This document shows positions 6,084-10,708 of a stretch of DNA of 10,708 nucleotides, piece by piece. Source of the DNA: an uncultured Spirochaetales bacterium. Lineage in GTDB: Bacteria > Myxococcota_A > UBA9160 > JAFDDA01. The notes under the pieces are model-generated. The model did not search any database. It saw only the letters and a list, made by a program, of their open reading frames with translations, and was not told the DNA's origin. The stretch is taken from positions 1 through 10,708 of the forward strand of contig CAYYUT010000065.1 of the NCBI GenBank assembly GCA_964474935.1. The letters run 5' to 3'. The stretch's first letter is position 1, and each line of letters opens with the position of its first letter. A program made the translations under genes and the position numbers.

Positions 6084-6463
6084 GCCGCTTCCTATCGGAC
6101 TCCGCGCAGTCGGCGTTGAGCGCCACGACGCGGAACGCATGCCGTCGCGCGCGGCCCGACGCGATCCGGCCGGGATCGCGGGGCACCCGGGCCGGGCGGG
6201 GGCATCGGACGCATCGCGAGACCACTTCCCGAGGCGGCAAGCGAGACGCGATCCGTCGGCAGGCGACGGACGGAGCGGAGCGAACCCGCACATGGGGTGG
6301 GGCTCGGCCTGTCGCGGGATCGGATACCCTCGTCGTATGCGCCGGATCGTGACGGCCAGCTTCGGAAGCGACATCGTCCGCATCCCTCCGGACCCGCCGA
6401 ACCGGTTCGAGCCGCTGCACGTGGAGCTCGATCCCGCGCTCGAGCCGTTCCGGGAAGCGAACC
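6084..6463. promoter_or_regulatory. Divergent intergenic region (~380 bp) between the PilT-cluster first gene (-) and the ABC-class ATPase gene (+); presumed to hold both promoters
   Basis: There is no credible ORF here; the only 131-aa ORF is Arg/Pro-rich and overlaps both gene starts. The region contains an 8-bp-arm palindrome CGCGATCC-ggccg-GGATCGCG at ~6160-6180 and a second inverted repeat CCGTCG-gcagg-CGACGG at ~6252-6268. No sigma70-like -35/-10 pair is recognisable by eye, which is expected for a high-GC genome. Confidence 0.5.
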
Positions 6464-8251
6464 ATGCGGAGCGTTGAGGCGCTCTCGCAGGCCCTCCGCC
6501 GCCTCGACGGACGCAGCTACAAGGGCTACCGCGAGCTCGAGGGCGGCTGGGCGGGACGCGACTTCGAGCTCTTCCTCGACCACGCCCAGGGTGATCCCTT
6601 CGCCGCGCCCTCGAGGCTCCGCGTCCGGATTCCGATGCGCCGCGCCGATCTCCCGCGCGACCTGTTCGACCGTCCCGTCCGGCGTCTGGCCCTCGCCGAC
6701 TTCCTGGCGCGTCGCACCGCCCGGGCGATCGACGCCGGTCGCGGTCGGGGACGGGGCTCGGGACGCAGCGGACGCATCCGCATCGACAGCGGCGGAGCCG
6801 CGGTGCTGGCGCGCAGCGCCGTGCGCCTCGAGGACGACTTCGTCGAGGCACGGCTCGAGGCGGGGCTCCCGGCCGCCGGTCGTCGGATTCTGGGCGGCGA
6901 GGCCGACGCCCTGCTCACCGAGGCCCTCCCGGAGATCGCGCGACGCGGCCTCGAGGCGAGTGCGCTGCCCGAGACCGAAGCGCGCGAGTTCGTCGAGTGC
7001 GTCGAGAACCAGGAGTTCCTGCGCGCGCACCTCGGAGAGCTCGGGCTCGTGGCCTTCGTCGCGGATGGCTCCCGCCTGCCGCGTCTGTCGGGCGTCACCG
7101 AGCGCCCGCTCGCATGGGACCGGACCGTTCCCTTCGAATCGCCCGACTCACTCCGCGTCTCGGTCGAGCTTCCCCACCCGGTGCGCATCCGGGAACGCGA
7201 GCCGAGCCGGGAGGTCCGCGGCATGGGCGTCCGGCGAGGCATCACCCTGGTGGTGGGGGGCGGCTATCACGGCAAGTCGACCCTGCTGCGCGCCCTCGAG
7301 CGGGGCGTACACCCCCACGTACCGGGAGACGGGCGCGAGTACGTCGTGAGCGATCCCGACCTCGTGAAGGTCCGGGCCGAGGACGGACGCCGCATCGAAC
7401 GGGTCGACATCAGCGCCTTCATCGGTCGGCTGCCGCAGGGACGCGACACCCGCGTCTTCTCGAGCAACGACGCCAGCGGCAGCACGAGCCAGGCCGCCAG
7501 CATCGTCGAGGCGCTCGAAGCCGGGGCCCGCGTGCTGCTGCTCGACGAGGACACCTCGGCCACGAACTTCATGATCCGCGATGCCCGGATGCAGGCCCTG
7601 GTACCGGACGGCGACGAGCCCATCACCCCCTTCCTGGATCGCATCGAAGCGCTGCGCGATCGGCTCGGCGTCTCGACGGTGCTCGTGATGGGCGGTTCGG
7701 GCGACTACTTCGACGTGGCCGATCACGTGATCCAGATGCGCGGCTACCGGGCGATCGACGTCACGGCGAGAGCCCGGAGCATCGCGAGCGAACATCCCAC
7801 GCGGCGCCGGCGCGAGTCATCGGGCGAGCTCACCCCACCCGCGCCCAGGGCACCGCTCGCCGCGAGCTTCGATCCGGAGCGTGCACGCGGGCGGATCCGG
7901 ATCGAGGCGCGGTCGCGACACACGATCGGGTTCGGAGACGAGCGCATCGAGCTCGGAGCCCTCGATCAGCTGGTCGACCGGAGCCAGACCCGGGCCATCG
8001 GACGAGCCCTCCATCTCCTCGGCCGGCGCTGGGTGGACGGCACCCGGTCGCTCGGAGTACTCCTCGACGCGCTCGAAGCCGAGCTCGATGCCCGCGGGCT
8101 CGACGTGCTCGCGTCACCCATGGGTCGCCAGGCCCCGGACACGGATGAGAACGCGCATCCCGGAGATCTCGCCCGTCCGAGGCGCCACGAGATCGCGGCA
8201 GCGATCAACCGCCTGCGATCCCTGCGCGTGCACTCGGACCCGTCCGAGTGA
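6464..8251 (+). CDS. Uncharacterised 'ABC-class ATPase' family protein (PF09818/COG3044-like), 595 aa
   Basis: The N-terminus (LRRLDGRSYKGYRELEGGWAGRDFELFLDHAQGDPFAAPSRLRVRIP) matches the conserved start of the predicted ABC-class ATPase family. Walker A is VVGGGYHGKSTLL, Walker B is ARVLLLDEDTSATNF, and a signature-like SNDASGS sits between them. The only in-frame start after the upstream stop (6350-6352) is ATG 6464. A weak SD (GGGAAG) is present. Confidence 0.85.
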   Translation: MRSVEALSQALRRLDGRSYKGYRELEGGWAGRDFELFLDHAQGDPFAAPSRLRVRIPMRRADLPRDLFDRPVRRLALADFLARRTARAIDAGRGRGRGSGRSGRIRIDSGGAAVLARSAVRLEDDFVEARLEAGLPAAGRRILGGEADALLTEALPEIARRGLEASALPETEAREFVECVENQEFLRAHLGELGLVAFVADGSRLPRLSGVTERPLAWDRTVPFESPDSLRVSVELPHPVRIREREPSREVRGMGVRRGITLVVGGGYHGKSTLLRALERGVHPHVPGDGREYVVSDPDLVKVRAEDGRRIERVDISAFIGRLPQGRDTRVFSSNDASGSTSQAASIVEALEAGARVLLLDEDTSATNFMIRDARMQALVPDGDEPITPFLDRIEALRDRLGVSTVLVMGGSGDYFDVADHVIQMRGYRAIDVTARARSIASEHPTRRRRESSGELTPPAPRAPLAASFDPERARGRIRIEARSRHTIGFGDERIELGALDQLVDRSQTRAIGRALHLLGRRWVDGTRSLGVLLDALEAELDARGLDVLASPMGRQAPDTDENAHPGDLARPRRHEIAAAINRLRSLRVHSDPSE

Positions 8252-8293
8252 GGGGTCGGGATGGAGGACGACCCGCTCGCACAGGACACGGGC

Positions 8294-9835
8294 TCAAGGC
8301 TCGCGGGCCCGTTCGATCAACGCGCGCCGCAGCCGGTCCGACTCGGCCTGTGCCGCGCGCCCGGCGGCCGACTCGGGCCCGAACAGGCGCGCGGCCGAAT
8401 CGAGCATGAAGACCGCCTCGGCGTAGCGTTCTCCCCGGATCAGCAGGATGGCCACCAACCGCGCGACGTCCCCGAGATGCGAGTCGAGCCGGGTGATCTC
8501 GCGGGCGCGGTCGGCGGCCACCACCCGGGAGGTGCGCGCGGCCTCCATGGCCTCTTCGAGACCCGACTTGCGGTAGAAGAGATTGACGCCGAGCGCGCCG
8601 AGATAGGCCTCGGTCATGGTCTCCTCGTCGACCTTGGCGAACACGTTCTCCTCGAAGCCACCGGGACCAAAGCCGCGGTCCTTGAGCATCCGCAGGATCC
8701 TCTGGTTCATCGGGTCGATCTGGGTCGCCTCGCCGTCCGGGTTCATCAGCGACTCGACGTCGTCGAGGACGTGGACCCCTCCGTAGATGTGGACCAGCTC
8801 GTGGGCGAGGACGCGGCTGTCCACCTCTCCGGGCTCGAGTCGGACCACGAGCGAGCGTCCGAGGAACTCGGCCTCTCCGAGGCGTGCTGCCGTGCGACGT
8901 CTCACCGGAGGCTCGCGTTCGGTGAAGGCGGCCACGATGCCCTCGGGCGGGAGCCGCCGATCGCGCCGGAAGCGGCCATGGATGGCCTTCAGATCGTCGG
9001 CCACCCCGCGGGTCGAGAAGGCGTCGATCGAGATCGGCACGAAGACGGTCGCGAGCCACGGATCGAGGGCGCGCGACACCCGATTCCAGACGAGTCGCAT
9101 ACGGAACCGCCATTCGGGGTGGGACCGGACCGACTCGTCGGCGTAGACCGCCACCGGGACGACGCGCCGCCCGGCCCACTCGGCATCGACGCTCGCCAGG
9201 TCGGCGAAGGTCTCTTCCGCCAGATCGGCGGCCTCGTCGATCGCGAACACGGCCTGACGCAGACTCGAGCGGGCTGCCTCCTTGCGACCGATCTCGCGCA
9301 GGGCACGGCCCGCCGCGAGCTGGACGTAGGGGTCGTACGGGAAGCGCTCCATCACGGCGCCAAGCGTCTCGAGATCCGTGATCCGGAGCCCCGGCGGTGC
9401 GCGTCCGGTGGCCTCGAAGAGCCGGTGGTGGGTGCGGGGGTCGAGCGGGGCGCGCCTCACGGCGTCGCGGAGCAGCCCGCGTGCACGGTCGAGATCGCCG
9501 CGGCGCTTCGCGATCTCGGCCAGTCCGAGCAGCGGCGAGAGGGACTCGGGGTCGGATTCGGCGGCGGCGGCGAAGTGCGCCTCGGCCGCGGCGGCGTCGC
9601 CGGCTCGGAGCGCCAGCTCGCCGAGGCCTGCCTCGGCCCGGGCGGAGCGGGGATTCGCGACGAGCGCACGCGCATAGCGATCGCGCGCGGCCTCGAGATC
9701 GCCCTCGGCGACCGCTCGCGCAGCGAGCTGCAGAAGCCGTTCCTCGAGATCGTTGGTCCCGCCGGCGGACGTCGCGGCGAGCGAGAGCAAGGACGCGAAC
9801 ACGAGGGGCGCCCACGCTCGGAGCCAACGACCCAC
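8294..9835 (-). CDS. Secreted TPR-repeat protein with C-terminal metzincin-type zinc metallopeptidase motif (513 aa)
   Basis: The N-terminus MGRWLRAWAPLVFASLLSLAATSAGG is a Sec signal peptide (basic n-region, hydrophobic core, AxA-like site, no lipobox Cys). Several Ala/Leu-rich TPR-like repeats follow (DLEAARDRYARALVANP, AEAHFAAAAESDP, LDRARGLLRDAVRRAP). HELVHIYGGVH is an exact HExxHxxGxxH match, followed by a Met-turn-like SLMNP. The start is GTG, with no obvious SD. Confidence 0.85.
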   Translation of the reverse strand: MGRWLRAWAPLVFASLLSLAATSAGGTNDLEERLLQLAARAVAEGDLEAARDRYARALVANPRSARAEAGLGELALRAGDAAAAEAHFAAAAESDPESLSPLLGLAEIAKRRGDLDRARGLLRDAVRRAPLDPRTHHRLFEATGRAPPGLRITDLETLGAVMERFPYDPYVQLAAGRALREIGRKEAARSSLRQAVFAIDEAADLAEETFADLASVDAEWAGRRVVPVAVYADESVRSHPEWRFRMRLVWNRVSRALDPWLATVFVPISIDAFSTRGVADDLKAIHGRFRRDRRLPPEGIVAAFTEREPPVRRRTAARLGEAEFLGRSLVVRLEPGEVDSRVLAHELVHIYGGVHVLDDVESLMNPDGEATQIDPMNQRILRMLKDRGFGPGGFEENVFAKVDEETMTEAYLGALGVNLFYRKSGLEEAMEAARTSRVVAADRAREITRLDSHLGDVARLVAILLIRGERYAEAVFMLDSAARLFGPESAAGRAAQAESDRLRRALIERAREP

Positions 9836-9843
9836 GCGAGAGA

Positions 9844-10708
9844 TCAGCCGAGACCGGCGAATGCGGCGTCGAGGAGCGCGCCCTGCCTCTCGCGGTGCAC
9901 CCGGGCGGAACCTCCCGCCGGGCTCGCGGCCTCCCCGCGACCGGCGTAGCCGAGGCGCTGCTCCGGGCGCAGCACGTCTCCGATCCGCTCACGGACGAAG
10001 CTCCAGGCGCCCATGTTGGACGGCTCCTCCTGGACCCAGAGGACCGTCTCGGCCTGCAGATAGCGTCGCACGGCCGCGGCCACCTCGACGGAGGGCCACG
10101 GGTAGAGCTGCTCGACCCTCACGATCGCGACGTCGCCGGCGGCGTCGGGACCGACCCGCTCGACCCGCTGGTCGCGCCAGTCGAGCAGCTCGTAGTAGAC
10201 CTTCCCGGTGCAGAGCAGCACGCGCTTCACGCGGTCGGGCCGCGGGGCGGTGTGGTCGTCGTCGATCACGCGTTGGAAGCGACCGCGTACGAGCTCGTCG
10301 GGAAGCGAGGTGGCCCGCGGGTTTCGCAGCAGGCTCTTCGGAGTGAAGACCACCAGGGGGGCCCGCCATCTCCGCAGCATCTGGCGACGCAGCAGATGGA
10401 AGTACTGGGCCGGCGTGGTGGCGTTCACCACCTGCAGGTTGTCCTCGGCGCAGAGCTGCAGGAACCGCTCGAGGCGCGCGCTCGAGTGCTCGGGGCCCTG
10501 GCCTTCGTAGCCGTGCGGGAGGAGCATCACCAGACCGCTCATCCGCTGCCACTTCACGTGCGCCGACGCGATGAACTGGTCGATGATCACCTGGGCGCCG
10601 TTCGCGAAGTCGCCGAACTGGGCCTCCCACATCACGAGGGCCCGGGGCTCGGCCATCGCGTAGCCGTACTCGTAGCCGAGCACGCCGCACTCCGAGAGCG
10701 GGCTGTCC
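9844..10708 (-). CDS. sucA: 2-oxoglutarate dehydrogenase E1 component, C-terminal ~288 aa; the gene starts beyond the window end
   Basis: The frame is open to the window edge. The translation ...DSPLSECGVLGYEYGYAMAEPRALVMWEAQFGDFANGAQVIIDQFIASAHVKWQRMSGLVMLLPHGYEGQGPEHSSARLERFLQLCAEDNLQVVNATTPAQYFHLLRRQ... is the highly conserved C-terminal region of SucA/OdhA E1 (compare E. coli SPLSEEAVLAFEYGYA...WEAQFGDFANGAQV...LLPHGYEGQGPEHSSARLER). The 'M' at 10683 in the ORF track is an internal GTG. Confidence 0.92.
   Translation of the reverse strand, partial: DSPLSECGVLGYEYGYAMAEPRALVMWEAQFGDFANGAQVIIDQFIASAHVKWQRMSGLVMLLPHGYEGQGPEHSSARLERFLQLCAEDNLQVVNATTPAQYFHLLRRQMLRRWRAPLVVFTPKSLLRNPRATSLPDELVRGRFQRVIDDDHTAPRPDRVKRVLLCTGKVYYELLDWRDQRVERVGPDAAGDVAIVRVEQLYPWPSVEVAAAVRRYLQAETVLWVQEEPSNMGAWSFVRERIGDVLRPEQRLGYAGRGEAASPAGGSARVHRERQGALLDAAFAGLG

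Noticed and set aside
6395-6425. tRNA-like T-loop string 'GGTTCGAGCC' in the intergenic region
   Set aside because: The flanks do not form a T-stem (accgg/cgctg and similar pairings fail). No acceptor stem or CCA context could be built by eye. This is a chance match to a short motif.
4551-6851. 5' extension of the MshEN-PilT ORF to 766 aa (ORF track start at 6851)
   Set aside because: The extra 256 aa upstream of MADLSR are Arg/Gly/Pro junk (MPRRSRPRGARRCAPAPRLRRCRC...). The extension would run through the entire divergent promoter region and into the ABC-ATPase gene on the other strand. The internal ATG at 6083 has an AGGAAG SD and begins exactly at the MshEN domain.
5458-7349. Several 300-350-aa ORFs (5458..6465 -, 6092..7030 -, 6297..7349 +, 6997..8148 +, 5058..6119 +) across the promoter region and ABC-ATPase gene
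   Set aside because: All are low-complexity Arg/Ala/Gly/Pro translations. They overlap the divergent intergenic region plus real genes, and none has a plausible RBS or start context. The 6464..8251 frame alone shows conserved ATPase motifs.
8253-8274. Hairpin GGGTCG-(10 nt)-CGACCC between the convergent ABC-ATPase and TPR-metzincin genes, as a possible bidirectional terminator
   Set aside because: It has only a 6-bp stem and a large loop, with no trailing U-tract on either strand. It is too weak to call an intrinsic terminator; termination here may be Rho-dependent or use structures I cannot evaluate by eye.
8261-9949. 562-aa + strand ORF fully antisense to the TPR-metzincin gene
   Set aside because: It is compositionally biased (G/R/A/P/E/D-rich) with no motifs. 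The opposite strand carries a signal peptide, TPRs and an exact metzincin motif. This is a GC shadow ORF.
9753-10690. 197-aa + ORF and 233-aa - ORF overlapping sucA
   Set aside because: Both are poly-Arg/Pro shadows. The sucA frame is near-identical in its key motifs to known E1 sequences.
1-10708. Mobile elements, CRISPR arrays, integrases, phage genes, toxin-antitoxin pairs
   Set aside because: I found no direct or inverted terminal repeats, repeat-spacer periodicity, or ORFs with transposase, integrase or phage signatures. The flanking genes (pepN-like, sucA) are core metabolic genes, so this looks like chromosome backbone rather than an island.

Overview
This 10.7-kb window is about 72% GC and carries eight protein-coding genes. 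I found no rRNA, tRNA, CRISPR array or recognisable mobile element. The genes are tightly packed, which looks like bacterial chromosome. The Sec signal peptide, the type IV pilus ATPases and the SPFH protein suggest a Gram-negative (diderm) organism; I cannot name the taxon from sequence alone.

Gene order:
- 1..1490 (+): C-terminal part of an M1-family aminopeptidase N, truncated at the window start.
- 1487..6083 (-): a tightly packed four-gene cluster, transcribed from 6083 down to 1487:
  - a PilT-family ATPase with an N-terminal MshEN-type (putative c-di-GMP-binding) domain and a disordered Pro/Ala/Ser-rich linker;
  - a canonical PilT;
  - a 283-aa protein made almost entirely of zinc ribbons (three CxxC-CxxC ribbons plus two zf-TFIIB-like modules);
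  - an SPFH/Band-7 (COG4260-type) protein ending in a GYF_2 domain and a Pro8 tail.
  - The gaps between these genes are 3, 0 and 16 nt, and each downstream start has a Shine-Dalgarno sequence.
- 6084..6463: a ~380-bp divergent intergenic region.
- 6464..8251 (+): an uncharacterised 'ABC-class ATPase' (PF09818/COG3044-like).
- 8294..9835 (-): a secreted TPR-repeat protein with a perfect metzincin HExxHxxGxxH zinc site, convergent with the ATPase gene.
- 9844..>10708 (-): the 3' end of 2-oxoglutarate dehydrogenase E1 (sucA), which starts beyond the window. It ends only 8 nt upstream of the TPR-metzincin gene.

Many very long ORFs on the opposite strands (up to 824 aa) are GC-driven shadow ORFs and not genes.

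The best candidate for an undescribed system is the four-gene module of PilT-type ATPases, zinc-ribbon protein and SPFH-GYF protein. It has no pilin, PilB, PilC or PilMNOPQ genes nearby. It looks like a 'split' COG4260 protein (SPFH with a C-terminal zinc ribbon) coupled to two hexameric retraction-type motors, one of which may sense c-di-GMP.

Coordinates I derived by hand may be off by 1-2 nt. Coordinates taken from the ORF track are used as given.
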